Counted from the stretch's first letter, positions 1 through 10,392 are shown. The stretch: 32,000 nucleotides of DNA from Escherichia coli (GCF_045689345.1 NZ_CP137162.1); one strand, 5' to 3'. The notes: generated by a model from the letters alone, not told the origin. Numbers and translations: made by a program.

Positions 1-851
1 AGAGCGGTTTTCTGCGCTTCACCACCATTGGCGGCTGGTGGAATCAGTCGATGCTCAACCACCGGGTAACCATACGCACACACAAGGGATTTAAAATCCC
101 TGGTGTGATTGGTTCCGTCGCGCCTCATGCGTTAACGGAAAAGCAAAAGCAACAACCGCTGTCATTTGATGAGATGTTCATTGATATTGGCGCGAACAGT
201 CGCGAAGAAGCGGAAAAGCGCGGCGTTGAAATTGGCGATTTTATTAGCCCGGAAGCCAATTTTGCCTGCTGGGGCGAAGATAAAGTAGTCGGAAAGGCGC
301 TGGATAACCGCATCGGCTGCGCGATGATGGCGGAGCTACTACAGACAGTAAATAACCCAGAAATTACGCTGTACGGCGTTGGCAGTGTGGAAGAAGAAGT
401 TGGGCTACGCGGGGCACAAACCTCGGCGGAACACATTAAACCGGATGTGGTGATTGTGCTGGATACCGCTGTCGCAGGTGATGTTCCGGGCATTGATAAC
501 ATTAAATACCCGCTGAAACTGGGCCAGGGGCCGGGGCTGATGCTGTTTGACAAGCGCTACTTCCCCAACCAGAAACTGGTAGCAGTGTTAAAAAACTGTG
601 CCGCACATAACGATTTACCGCTGCAATTTTCCACCATGAAAACCGGAGCGACGGATGGCGGGCGCTACAACGTGATGGGCGGCGGGCGTCCGGTTGTCGC
701 GCTGTGTCTGCCAACTCGTTATCTGCACGCCAACAGCGGTATGATTTCAAAAGCCGATTACGATGCTCTGCTCACGCTGATACGGGGTTTTCTGACGACC
801 TTAACTGCGGAGAAAGTCAACGCGTTTAGCCAGTTCCGTCAGGTGGATTAA
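1..851 (+). CDS. frvX: FrvX, M42-family peptidase/endoglucanase-like protein of the cryptic frv PTS operon (5'-truncated by the window edge)
   Basis: The frame beginning at nt 3 is open from the window edge to TAA at 849-851; the ORF-track Met at 51 is internal. The translated sequence (DNRIGCAMMAELL, GSVEEEVGLRGA, ATDGG) fits the M42 aminopeptidase family, and I recognise it as the C-terminal ~282 aa of E. coli FrvX. The stop overlaps the frvR ATG by 1 nt (TAATG). Confidence 0.9.
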   Translation, partial: SGFLRFTTIGGWWNQSMLNHRVTIRTHKGFKIPGVIGSVAPHALTEKQKQQPLSFDEMFIDIGANSREEAEKRGVEIGDFISPEANFACWGEDKVVGKALDNRIGCAMMAELLQTVNNPEITLYGVGSVEEEVGLRGAQTSAEHIKPDVVIVLDTAVAGDVPGIDNIKYPLKLGQGPGLMLFDKRYFPNQKLVAVLKNCAAHNDLPLQFSTMKTGATDGGRYNVMGGGRPVVALCLPTRYLHANSGMISKADYDALLTLIRGFLTTLTAEKVNAFSQFRQVD

Positions 852-2599
852 TGCTAAACGAACGCCAGTTAAAGATTGTCGATCTGCTGGAGCAACAGCC
901 GCGCACGCCTGGAGAGCTGGCGCAACAGACTGGCGTTTCAGGCAGGACCATCCTGCGTGATATTGACTATCTCAACTTCACCCTTAACGGCAAAGCCCGC
1001 ATTTTCGCCAGTGGTAGTGCGGGCTATCAGCTGGAAATCTTCGAGCGCCGCAGCTTTTTTCAGTTGCTGCAAAAGCACGATAACGACGATCGGCTGCTGG
1101 CACTGTTATTACTGAATACCTTTACTCCCCGTGCGCAACTCGCCTCGGCGCTTAATTTGCCAGAAACGTGGGTCGCAGAGCGTCTGCCCCGGTTAAAACA
1201 GCGTTATGAACGCGCTTGTTGCCTGGCCAGCCGCCCCGGTTTGGGCCATTTCATTGATGAGACAGAAGAGAAGCGCGTTATCTTGCTGGCGAACTTGCTG
1301 CGCAAAGATCCGTTTTTAATTCCGCTGGCGGGCGTAACACGAGACAACCTTCAGCATTTATCCACGGCCTGCGACAACCAACACCGCTGGCCGCTGATGC
1401 AGGGTGATTATCTCTCCAGCCTGATTCTGGCGATTTACGCCCTGCGTAATCAGCTTACTGACATATGGCCGCAATATCCCGGTAACGAGATAAAACAAAT
1501 CGTTGAACAGTGCGGCCTGTTTCTCGGTGATAACGCTGTAAGAACCCTGACGGGTTTGATAGAGAAACAGCATCAGCAAGCGCAGGTAATTTCAGCCGAT
1601 CATGTGCTGGGGTTGCTGCAAAGGGTGCCAGGCATCGCGTCATTGAATATTATTGATACGCAGTTGGTTGAGAATATTACCGGGCATTTATTACGTTGCC
1701 TTGCCGCACCGGTGTGGATTGCTGAGCACCGCCAAAGCAGCATGAATAACCTGAAAGCCGCCTGGCCTGCGGCCTTTGATATGAGTCTGCACTTTATTAC
1801 GCTACTGCGTGAACAGCTCGATATTCCCCTTTTCGACAGCGATCTGATCGGTTTGTATTTTGCCTGTGCGCTGGAACGGCATCAAAACGAACGCCAGCCG
1901 ATCATTTTGCTCTCGGACCAGAACGCGATTGCCACTATTAATCAGCTCGCCATTGAGCGCGATGTTTTACATTGTCGGGTGATTATTGCCCGTAGCTTAA
2001 GCGAACTTGTTGCCATTCGCGAAGAGATTGAGCCGTTATTGATCATTAACAACAGCCATTATTTACTGGATGACGCGGTAAATAATTACATCACCGTAAA
2101 AAATATCATTACGGCTGCCGGTATCGAACAAATAAAACATTTTCTGGCGACGGCATTTATTCGCCAACAGCCGGAGCGTTTTTTCTCTGCCCCCGGAAGT
2201 TTTCATTATTCGAATGTACGCGGTGAGAGCTGGCAACATATTACCCGGCAAATTTGTGCGCAATTAGTGGCACAACACCATATTACCGCCGATGAAGCAC
2301 AACGCATCATCGCCCGCGAAGGCGAAGGTGAAAACCTGATTGTTAATCGCCTCGCCATCCCACATTGCTGGAGCGAACAGGAGCGACGTTTTCGTGGATT
2401 TTTTATTACCCTCGCCCAACCAGTTGAGGTGAATAACGAAGTCATTAACCATGTCTTGATCGCCTGCGCCGCCGCCGATGCGCGTCATGAGCTAAAAATA
2501 TTTAGCTATCTGGCAAGCGTATTGTGTCAGCATCCGGCAGAGGTTATTGCCGGGTTAACAGGATATGAGGCATTTATGGAGTTACTTCACAAGGGGTGA
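851..2599 (+). CDS. frvR: FrvR, putative frv operon regulator (N-terminal HTH plus C-terminal PTS EIIA-like domain)
   Basis: The 582-aa ORF matches the FrvR length. It has an N-terminal HTH (TPGELAQQTGVSGRTILRDIDYL) and a C-terminal EIIA(Mtl/Fru type)-like motif LAIPHC, with the His codon at 2363-2365. It is translationally coupled to frvX. Confidence 0.9.
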   Translation: MLNERQLKIVDLLEQQPRTPGELAQQTGVSGRTILRDIDYLNFTLNGKARIFASGSAGYQLEIFERRSFFQLLQKHDNDDRLLALLLLNTFTPRAQLASALNLPETWVAERLPRLKQRYERACCLASRPGLGHFIDETEEKRVILLANLLRKDPFLIPLAGVTRDNLQHLSTACDNQHRWPLMQGDYLSSLILAIYALRNQLTDIWPQYPGNEIKQIVEQCGLFLGDNAVRTLTGLIEKQHQQAQVISADHVLGLLQRVPGIASLNIIDTQLVENITGHLLRCLAAPVWIAEHRQSSMNNLKAAWPAAFDMSLHFITLLREQLDIPLFDSDLIGLYFACALERHQNERQPIILLSDQNAIATINQLAIERDVLHCRVIIARSLSELVAIREEIEPLLIINNSHYLLDDAVNNYITVKNIITAAGIEQIKHFLATAFIRQQPERFFSAPGSFHYSNVRGESWQHITRQICAQLVAQHHITADEAQRIIAREGEGENLIVNRLAIPHCWSEQERRFRGFFITLAQPVEVNNEVINHVLIACAAADARHELKIFSYLASVLCQHPAEVIAGLTGYEAFMELLHKG

Positions 2600-2602
2600 A
2601 CT

Positions 2603-2627
2603 GTGTCGGATGCGCCGCATCCGACAC
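2603..2627. terminator. GC-rich hairpin between the convergent frvR and yiiG genes
   Basis: GTGTCGGAT (2603-2611) pairs with ATCCGACAC (2619-2627) around the loop GCGCCGC. It starts 4 nt after the frvR stop and is followed by a moderately T-rich run (tgcatttatcatc). There is no clean U-tract, so it is only a candidate terminator or REP-like hairpin. Confidence 0.45.
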
Positions 2628-2648
2628 TGCATTTATCATCAAAAACGT

Positions 2649-3689
2649 TTAACGCAGGCTATTATAGTCATCAACCATTTCGTTGTACTCGCGTAATGCT
2701 CTCGGGAAAGAGTCGTCGACCATCCAGCTTGAGTTTGCGTCCTGCAGTTGCTCTTTATCCCAGTCAGAGTACGGGACTTTATCTCTGACGCGGCGAACGT
2801 ATTTTTTAGCCTCGAGTTGATACTGGCCTGCCGAATTAATAAACGAGAAATTCATGCCGCCTTTATCCGCTTCTTTGGCCTGCGCCACCAGCGTTTCCAG
2901 TTCAGACACTTTCTTCATTGCCGCTTCTGCATCAAACTTATCTTGCGATATCAGGTTATTAATTTGTTTCGCTGAAATCATGACTGCCAGAGAGTAATAG
3001 TGGAATGTTTTCCCTTCTCTTTCTTCAATATTTTTCAGTTCCGCAAGCTGGCGCTTATCGTTAATTTCCTGAATCGCCGCATGATAAGATTCTGCTACAG
3101 CTTCAAAGGCTTCCAGATTTTTTAAGAATGTCTGGTGCAGCGTTTTCCCTTTCGCAAACGCATCGTCTTTATAATTTTCCTGGGTGTAATATTTATCCAT
3201 TTCGTTAATGGTATTACCCAACGCCACGGCAGCATCGATATAACTCACCGCCACGCCATCAATAGGTTGCAGCGCAGGCGTTAACGCCACAGCACTTTTT
3301 ACGCCTTTTTCACACTCAGCGAGGTTGGATTCACTAATGCCGTAGATGCCATAAACAGTACGCTCTTCACCGGTAGGCCCCTGTTTAAAATCTTTCAGCC
3401 AGTCAGCATAACGCGCCAGACTGCTCTGTACAGGGATCTGTAACTTGTTATAGCACTTGATATAGACATCCATTTTTTCGTCGAAAACCGCTTGTTCATC
3501 GACCACCGGTTGCGCAGGTGTTTCAGGTTTAGCTTCTGCTTTTGCAACGGGAGCTTCAGGAGCTGGTGCGGCAGGTTGACTATTGGCAGGCGGGGGCGTT
3601 TCTGTTTCGGCTTTTTTATCATCACAACCCGTCAGACCGAGGGCCATGATGGCGACTATAATAGCGGAAGATAATAAATTCCTTTTCAT
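2649..3689 (-). CDS. yiiG: YiiG, lipoprotein of unknown function (DUF3829-like)
   Basis: A 346-aa ORF with a signal peptide and lipobox (MKRNLLSSAIIVAIMALGLTG|C). A Pro/Ala/Glu-rich low-complexity linker follows, then a helical domain. I recognise it as E. coli YiiG; its length may differ slightly from the K-12 reference, which I cannot verify here. Confidence 0.85.
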   Translation of the reverse strand: MKRNLLSSAIIVAIMALGLTGCDDKKAETETPPPANSQPAAPAPEAPVAKAEAKPETPAQPVVDEQAVFDEKMDVYIKCYNKLQIPVQSSLARYADWLKDFKQGPTGEERTVYGIYGISESNLAECEKGVKSAVALTPALQPIDGVAVSYIDAAVALGNTINEMDKYYTQENYKDDAFAKGKTLHQTFLKNLEAFEAVAESYHAAIQEINDKRQLAELKNIEEREGKTFHYYSLAVMISAKQINNLISQDKFDAEAAMKKVSELETLVAQAKEADKGGMNFSFINSAGQYQLEAKKYVRRVRDKVPYSDWDKEQLQDANSSWMVDDSFPRALREYNEMVDDYNSLR

Positions 3690-3798
3690 TTAATTGCCTT
3701 ATAAATATATAGATAAGAGAGTGAACATAATAAATGAAAAAAGAAAACGCCACTACACGCGTTTTATTTATAAATAAAATAATAAAATTCACGAAATG

Positions 3799-3837
3799 AA
3801 TAAGTCCTGCAATTTAATATATATCGCAGGACTTATT
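3799..3837 (-). terminator. Hairpin immediately downstream of the fdhD stop
   Basis: AATAAGTCCTGC (3799-3810) pairs with GCAGGACTTATT (3826-3837), a 12-bp stem with a 15-nt A/T loop. It lies 4 nt beyond the fdhD stop (3842-3844) and is flanked by T-rich sequence on the minus strand. Confidence 0.55.
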
Positions 3838-3841
3838 TTAA

Positions 3842-4675
3842 TTAATTGCTCAAACGCTGCGGATGGGTATAAACCGTTGCCCGACCCGGCTTACAAAAAC
3901 CCACCAGCGTCAGATTACAACGCTCAGCCACTTCTACAGCAAGCGTGGTCGCGGCAGACACCGCAAACAAAATCTCTACGCCGCACATCGCCGACTTTTG
4001 CACCATTTCATAACTGGCACGACTGGAAACCAGTACCGCACCTTGCTGCCAGCTTTCCCCTTCTTGTGACCGGCGGCCTAACAGTTTGTCCAGCGCCACA
4101 TGGCGACCCACGTCTTCATGCCCGCCGACCAGTTCGCCAGATGGCAACATCCAGGCAGCGGCGTGAGTACAACCAGTCAGTTGCCCCACTGGCTGAAAAT
4201 CGTTGAGATGACGTAATGCATCATCCAGTTTGTTGAGATCAAACGTCTGGGTGAACGGTAGCGGCTGCACCGGTTTTCCGATGTCATTAAGTTGCTCCAC
4301 GCCGCATACGCCACAGCCCGTACGTCCCGCCAGCGCCCGGCGGCGCTCCTTCAACCCCATAAAGCGGCGGCTGGAAAGCTCAATTTGTACTTCAAGACCA
4401 TTACAGGAAGGAACGACATCCATGCCGAAGATATCGCGCGGACTTTCTATTATCCCCTCGGAAAGCGAAAAACCGAGCGCAAAGTACTCAAGGTCTTTGG
4501 GCGACGCCATCATCACCACATGCGAAATGCCGTTGTAGACCAGCGCAACGGGAACTTCTTCCGCGACCTCATCTAACCGTGGGTGTTGTAAATCATCACG
4601 CCGCCATAACTCAATTTGACGAACACCTGTGATATTTGTCACATTTTCGATTTCTTTTTGCTGTGTTTTTTTCAC
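3842..4675 (-). CDS. fdhD: FdhD, sulfurtransferase required for formate dehydrogenase activity
   Basis: 277 aa, which equals the known FdhD length. It uses a GTG start (reverse complement of cac at 4673-4675) and carries the Cys-containing loop GRTGCGVCG. It is divergent from fdoG, as in E. coli. Confidence 0.95.
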
Positions 4676-4868
4676 TTTCTCTTAACCAGATAAGAACACA
4701 CACACCAACATTATGGTATTCTGTTACAAACCCTTCCTGGATGGAGGGAAATTGAGCCAATTCTGGACCTTTGCGGCCCCTTCCGCAAAGAAAAATAACT
4801 CCCACTCCCTGCACACGCAGCAAGCGAATGTAAATGGGACGTGACAATGTCGAAACAAGGAGCAATCC

Positions 4869-4967
4869 ATGCAGGTCAGCAGAAGGCAGTTCTTTAAGAT
4901 CTGCGCTGGCGGTATGGCAGGCACCACGGCAGCGGCACTGGGTTTTGCACCCAGCGTAGCGCTCGCG
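4869..4967 (+). other. Tat (twin-arginine) signal peptide of FdoG
   Basis: MQVSRRQFFKICAGGMAGTTAAALGFAPSVALA contains the S-R-R-x-F-F-K consensus, a hydrophobic core and an A-L-A cleavage-type end. Confidence 0.8.
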
Positions 4968-7919
4968 GAAACCCGGCAGTATAAACTGCTGCGCACCCGC
5001 GAAACCCGTAATACCTGCACCTATTGTTCCGTAGGCTGTGGGCTGTTGATGTACAGCCTCGGTGACGGAGCAAAAAACGCCAAAGCATCTATCTTCCATA
5101 TCGAAGGCGATCCGGATCACCCGGTCAACCGCGGTGCACTTTGTCCGAAAGGCGCTGGCCTGGTGGATTTCATCCACTCTGAAAGCCGTCTGAAGTTTCC
5201 GGAATACCGTGCGCCAGGTTCTGATAAATGGCAGCAAATCAGTTGGGAAGAGGCGTTTGATCGCATCGCCAAACTGATGAAAGAAGACCGCGATGCTAAC
5301 TACATTGCGCAAAACGCCGAAGGCGTGACTGTTAACCGCTGGCTCTCCACCGGGATGCTGTGTGCTTCCGCGTCGAGTAACGAAACCGGCTATTTAACGC
5401 AAAAATTCTCCCGCGCGCTGGGTATGCTCGCGGTCGACAACCAGGCGCGTGTCTGACACGGACCAACGGTAGCAAGTCTTGCTCCAACATTTGGTCGCGG
5501 TGCGATGACCAACCACTGGGTCGACATCAAGAACGCCAACCTCGTCGTGGTGATGGGCGGTAACGCCGCTGAAGCTCACCCGGTCGGGTTCCGCTGGGCG
5601 ATGGAAGCCAAAATTCACAACGGCGCGAAGCTGATTGTGATCGATCCTCGCTTTACGCGTACGGCGGCGGTAGCTGACTACTATGCCCCTATTCGTTCCG
5701 GTACTGACATTGCTTTCCTGTCAGGCGTATTGCTGTACCTGCTGAACAATGAAAAATTCAACCGCGAATACACCGAAGCCTATACCAACGCCAGCCTGAT
5801 AGTGCGTGAGGATTACGGCTTTGAAGATGGCCTGTTCACCGGCTACGACGCGGAAAAACGCAAGTACGATAAATCCTCCTGGACTTATGAACTGGACGAA
5901 AACGGCTTCGCCAAACGCGATACCACGCTGCAACATCCGCGCTGCGTGTGGAACTTGCTGAAACAGCACGTTTCCCGCTACACGCCAGATGTGGTTGAAA
6001 ACATCTGTGGTACGCCAAAAGACGCGTTCCTGAAAGTCTGCGAATACATCGCAGAAACCAGTGCTCACGATAAAACTGCCTCGTTCCTGTATGCCCTCGG
6101 CTGGACGCAACACTCCGTTGGTGCGCAAAACATTCGTACGATGGCGATGATCCAGCTGCTGCTCGGCAATATGGGGATGGCCGGCGGCGGCGTTAACGCC
6201 CTGCGCGGTCACTCCAATATTCAGGGGCTGACGGACCTGGGGCTACTGTCGCAGAGTCTGCCAGGTTACATGACGCTGCCAAGCGAGAAGCAGACCGATC
6301 TGCAAACCTACCTTACCGCCAACACGCCAAAACCGCTGCTGGAAGGCCAGGTAAACTACTGGGGCAACTACCCGAAATTCTTCGTCTCTATGATGAAGGC
6401 CTTCTTTGGTGATAAAGCGACGGCGGAAAATAGCTGGGGCTTTGACTGGTTGCCGAAGTGGGATAAAGGCTACGACGTCCTGCAGTACTTCGAGATGATG
6501 AAAGAGGGCAAGGTCAATGGCTATATCTGCCAGGGCTTTAACCCTGTTGCCTCATTCCCGAACAAAAACAAAGTGATCGGTTGTCTGTCGAAACTGAAGT
6601 TCCTCGTCACCATCGACCCACTGAACACTGAAACCTCTAACTTCTGGCAGAACCACGGTGAGCTGAACGAAGTTGACTCGTCGAAGATCCAGACCGAAGT
6701 GTTCCGTCTGCCATCGACCTGCTTCGCAGAAGAGAACGGTTCAATCGTTAACTCAGGTCGCTGGTTGCAGTGGCACTGGAAAGGTGCGGACGCCCCGGGG
6801 ATTGCGCTGACTGATGGCGAGATCCTCTCCGGTATCTTCCTGCGCTTGCGCAAGATGTATGCCGAACAGGGTGGCGCGAACCCGGACCAGGTGCTGAACA
6901 TGACCTGGAACTACGCCATTCCGCATGAGCCGAAGTCGGAAGAAGTAGCGATGGAGAGCAACGGTAAGGCGCTGGCCGATATTACCGATCCGGCAACCGG
7001 TGCGGTTATCGTCAAGAAAGGCCAACAACTTAGCTCGTTCGCCCAATTGCGCGATGACGGTACAACCTCCTGTGGCTGCTGGATTTTCGCCGGTAGCTGG
7101 ACGCCGGAAGGCAACCAGATGGCGCGTCGTGATAACGCCGATCCGTCTGGCCTCGGTAACACGCTGGGCTGGGCATGGGCATGGCCGCTTAACCGCCGCA
7201 TTCTGTATAACCGCGCCTCCGCAGATCCGCAGGGTAACCCGTGGGATCCGAAGCGTCAGTTGCTGAAATGGGACGGCACTAAGTGGACCGGCTGGGATAT
7301 TCCGGACTACAGCGCAGCGCCTCCGGGTAGCGGCGTCGGGCCGTTTATCATGCAGCAGGAAGGCATGGGGCGTCTGTTTGCCCTCGATAAGATGGCGGAA
7401 GGTCCGTTCCCGGAACACTACGAGCCGTTTGAAACGCCGCTGGGAACTAACCCGCTGCATCCAAACGTTATCTCGAACCCGGCTGCACGTATCTTTAAAG
7501 ACGACGCCGAAGCATTGGGTAAAGCCGATAAGTTCCCGTATGTCGGAACCACCTATCGTCTGACCGAGCACTTCCACTACTGGACCAAACACGCGCTGTT
7601 GAACGCGATTTTGCAACCAGAGCAGTTTGTGGAAATCGGGGAGTCGCTGGCGAATAAACTTGGCATTGCCCAGGGCGATACCGTGAAAGTCTCCTCCAAC
7701 CGTGGCTATATCAAAGCCAAAGCGGTGGTGACCAAACGTATTCGTACGCTGAAAGCGAACGGCAAAGATATCGATACCATCGGTATTCCGATTCACTGGG
7801 GTTATGAAGGCGTAGCTAAAAAAGGCTTTATTGCCAATACGTTAACGCCATTCGTTGGTGATGCGAACACGCAGACGCCGGAGTTTAAGTCCTTCCTTGT
7901 GAATGTGGAAAAGGTGTAA
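4869..7919 (+). CDS. fdoG: FdoG, formate dehydrogenase-O catalytic subunit (molybdo-bis-MGD selenoprotein; UGA at 5454-5456 read as selenocysteine)
   Basis: ORF-track pieces 4869-5456 and 5505-7919 share one frame and are interrupted only by TGA at 5454-5456. Joined, they give 1016 codons, the FdoG length. Supporting signals are the SD AAGGAG at 4857-4862, the twin-arginine motif SRRQFFK and the Fe-S motif CTYCSVGCG. Confidence 0.95.
5454..5496 (+). promoter_or_regulatory. Selenocysteine UGA plus downstream SECIS-like stem-loop
   Basis: TGA lies at 5454-5456. The lower stem pairs GACCAA (5461-5466) with TTGGTC (5491-5496). The upper stem pairs AGCAAG (5471-5476) with CTTGCT (5478-5483), with an apical G-U-C-U region. 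This resembles the fdhF/fdnG bacterial SECIS layout. Confidence 0.8.
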
Positions 7920-7931
7920 CGGAGACGACAT

Positions 7932-8834
7932 ATGGCTTATCAATCTCAAGATATCATTCGTCGTTCCGCGACTAACGGTCTGACCCCCGCGCCTCAGGCG
8001 CGGGACTTCCAGGAAGAAGTGGCGAAACTCATCGACGTCACCACCTGTATCGGCTGTAAAGCCTGTCAGGTGGCGTGTTCAGAGTGGAACGACATTCGCG
8101 ATACCGTCGGCAATAATATTGGGGTGTACGACAACCCCAATGATTTAAGCGCCAAATCGTGGACGGTGATGCGCTTCTCGGAAGTGGAGCAGAACGACAA
8201 ACTGGAATGGCTGATCCGCAAAGACGGCTGTATGCACTGTTCCGATCCAGGCTGCCTGAAAGCGTGCCCGGCGGAAGGTGCAATTATTCAGTATGCCAAC
8301 GGTATCGTCGACTTCCAGTCCGAGCAGTGCATTGGCTGCGGTTATTGCATTGCGGGCTGTCCGTTCGACATTCCGCGCCTCAACCCGGAAGACAACCGCG
8401 TCTACAAATGTACGCTGTGCGTTGACCGCGTGGTGGTTGGGCAAGAACCAGCCTGCGTGAAGACCTGCCCAACGGGCGCGATTCACTTCGGTACGAAAGA
8501 GTCGATGAAAACGCTGGCGAGCGAGCGCGTTGCTGAGCTGAAAACCCGCGGTTACGACAATGCGGGTCTGTACGATCCGGCAGGCGTCGGTGGTACACAC
8601 GTCATGTACGTGCTGCACCATGCTGACAAGCCAAATCTGTATCATGGCTTGCCGGAGAACCCGGAAATCAGCGAAACCGTGAAATTCTGGAAAGGCATCT
8701 GGAAACCGCTCGCGGCTGTTGGCTTTGCGGCTACCTTTGCGGCCAGTATCTTCCACTACGTGGGTGTCGGTCCGAACCGTGCGGATGAGGAAGAGAATAA
8801 TCTGCACGAAGAGAAAGACGAGGAGCGCAAATGA
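7932..8834 (+). CDS. fdoH: FdoH, formate dehydrogenase-O iron-sulfur subunit
   Basis: 300 aa with four ferredoxin-type Cys clusters ([41 protein letters not shown]...CVKTCP) and a C-terminal hydrophobic helix. The SD GGAG lies just upstream. Confidence 0.95.
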
Positions 8835-9466
8835 AACGACGTGACACCATCGTGCGCTACACCGCGCCGGAACGTATCAACCACTGGATCACCGCCTTCT
8901 GCTTCATCCTGGCGGCGGTGAGCGGGCTGGGCTTTTTGTTCCCGTCCTTCAACTGGTTGATGCAAATCATGGGCACACCGCAGCTGGCGCGAATTCTGCA
9001 CCCGTTTGTCGGCGTGGTTATGTTTGCCTCGTTCATCATCATGTTTTTCCGTTACTGGCATCACAACCTAATCAATCGGGATGATATCTTTTGGGCGAAG
9101 AATATTCGTAAGATCGTCGTCAACGAGGAAGTAGGTGACACCGGGCGTTATAACTTCGGTCAGAAATGCGTTTTCTGGGCGGCGATTATTTTCCTGGTTC
9201 TGCTGCTGGTGAGCGGCGTGATTATCTGGCGTCCTTATTTTGCGCCTGCTTTCTCAATCCCGGTGATCCGATTCGCGTTAATGCTGCATTCATTTGCCGC
9301 AGTGGCGTTAATTGTGGTTATCATGGTGCATATCTACGCCGCCCTTTGGGTGAAAGGCACGATTACCGCCATGGTGGAAGGATGGGTTACCAGCGCCTGG
9401 GCGAAGAAACATCACCCGCGCTGGTACCGTGAGGTCCGCAAGACAACGGAAAAGAAAGCTGAATGA
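8831..9466 (+). CDS. fdoI: FdoI, formate dehydrogenase-O cytochrome b556 subunit
   Basis: 211 aa with four hydrophobic helices carrying conserved His residues. Its start overlaps the fdoH stop (ATGA). Confidence 0.95.
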
Positions 9467-10392
9467 GTATTCGCATAATCCCGCAAGATGAGCTGGGTTC
9501 GAGCGAGAAACGTACGGCGGATATGATTCCGCCGTTATTGTTCCCTCGGCTCAAGAATTTATACAACCGCCGCGCCGAACGTCTGCGCGAGCTGGCAGAA
9601 AATAATCCGCTGGGTGATTACCTGCGCTTTGCTGCGCTTATCGCCCACGCCCAGGAAGTGGTGCTGTACGACCATCCGCTGGAGATGGATCTGACCGCGC
9701 GCATTAAAGAAGCCAGCGCACAGGGCAAGCCCCCGCTGGATATTCACGTTCTGCCGCGTGATAAGCACTGGCAAAAGCTGCTGATGGCGCTGATTGCTGA
9801 GCTGAAACCTGAAATGAGCGGCCCGGCGCTGGCAGTGATTGAGAATCTGGAGAAGGCATCGACTCAGGAGCTGGAAGATATGGCCAGCGCACTGTTTGCC
9901 TCTGATTTCTCATCCGTCAGCAGCGATAAAGCGCCGTTTATCTGGGCTGCACTGTCGCTCTACTGGGCGCAGATGGCCAATCTGATCCCCGGCAAAGCCC
10001 GCGCTGAATACGGCGAGCAACGTCAATATTGCCCGGTTTGTGGTTCTATGCCGGTGTCCAGCATGGTGCAAATTGGCACCACTCAGGGTCTGCGTTACCT
10101 GCACTGCAACCTGTGTGAAACCGAATGGCACGTAGTGCGCGTAAAATGCAGCAACTGCGAGCAGAGCGGCAAACTGCATTACTGGTCGCTGGATGACGAA
10201 CAGGCCGCGATTAAAGCCGAAAGCTGCGATGACTGCGGCACTTACCTGAAGATTCTTTATCAGGAAAAAGAACCGAAAGTTGAAGCCGTGGCAGATGACC
10301 TCGCTTCTCTGGTACTGGACGCGCGAATGGAGCAAGAAGGCTATGCCCGCAGTTCCATCAACCCGTTCCTGTTTCCGGGTGAAGGGGAGTAA
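9463..10392 (+). CDS. fdhE: FdhE, formate dehydrogenase formation/maturation protein
   Basis: 309 aa with four CxxC pairs (CPVC, CNLC, CSNC, CDDC). Its start overlaps the fdoI stop (ATGA). Confidence 0.95.
   Translation: MSIRIIPQDELGSSEKRTADMIPPLLFPRLKNLYNRRAERLRELAENNPLGDYLRFAALIAHAQEVVLYDHPLEMDLTARIKEASAQGKPPLDIHVLPRDKHWQKLLMALIAELKPEMSGPALAVIENLEKASTQELEDMASALFASDFSSVSSDKAPFIWAALSLYWAQMANLIPGKARAEYGEQRQYCPVCGSMPVSSMVQIGTTQGLRYLHCNLCETEWHVVRVKCSNCEQSGKLHYWSLDDEQAAIKAESCDDCGTYLKILYQEKEPKVEAVADDLASLVLDARMEQEGYARSSINPFLFPGEGE

Noticed and set aside
2603-2788. A 61-aa + strand ORF starting in the frvR/yiiG terminator hairpin.
   Set aside because: It starts inside a hairpin repeat and runs antisense into the yiiG 3' end, with no RBS.
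4611-5312. A 233-aa minus-strand ORF spanning the fdhD 5' end, the divergent spacer and the fdoG 5' region.
   Set aside because: It overlaps two well-supported genes and a regulatory region, and its composition is not protein-like. It is an artefact of the absence of stops.
5454-5456. An in-frame TGA splits fdoG into 195-aa and 804-aa ORFs, which could be read as a pseudogene or as two genes.
   Set aside because: Both pieces share a frame and a SECIS-like hairpin lies directly downstream. The combined length of 1016 aa equals that of the known selenoprotein FdoG.
6753-7796. A 347-aa ORF on the minus strand inside fdoG.
   Set aside because: It is entirely antisense to a confidently identified gene and Arg/Gly/Val-rich with no recognisable domains. 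This is a typical shadow ORF of a GC-rich, codon-biased gene. The same reasoning applies to 5721-6212, 6521-6901 and 6911-7201.
8145-8807. A 220-aa antisense ORF in fdoH. Similar cases are 19044-19682 (212 aa, antisense to yihS), 17198-17647 (antisense to yihU), 125-553 (antisense to frvX) and 3796-4206 (antisense to fdhD).
   Set aside because: All lie fully within, and antisense to, recognised genes, and none has an RBS or motifs.
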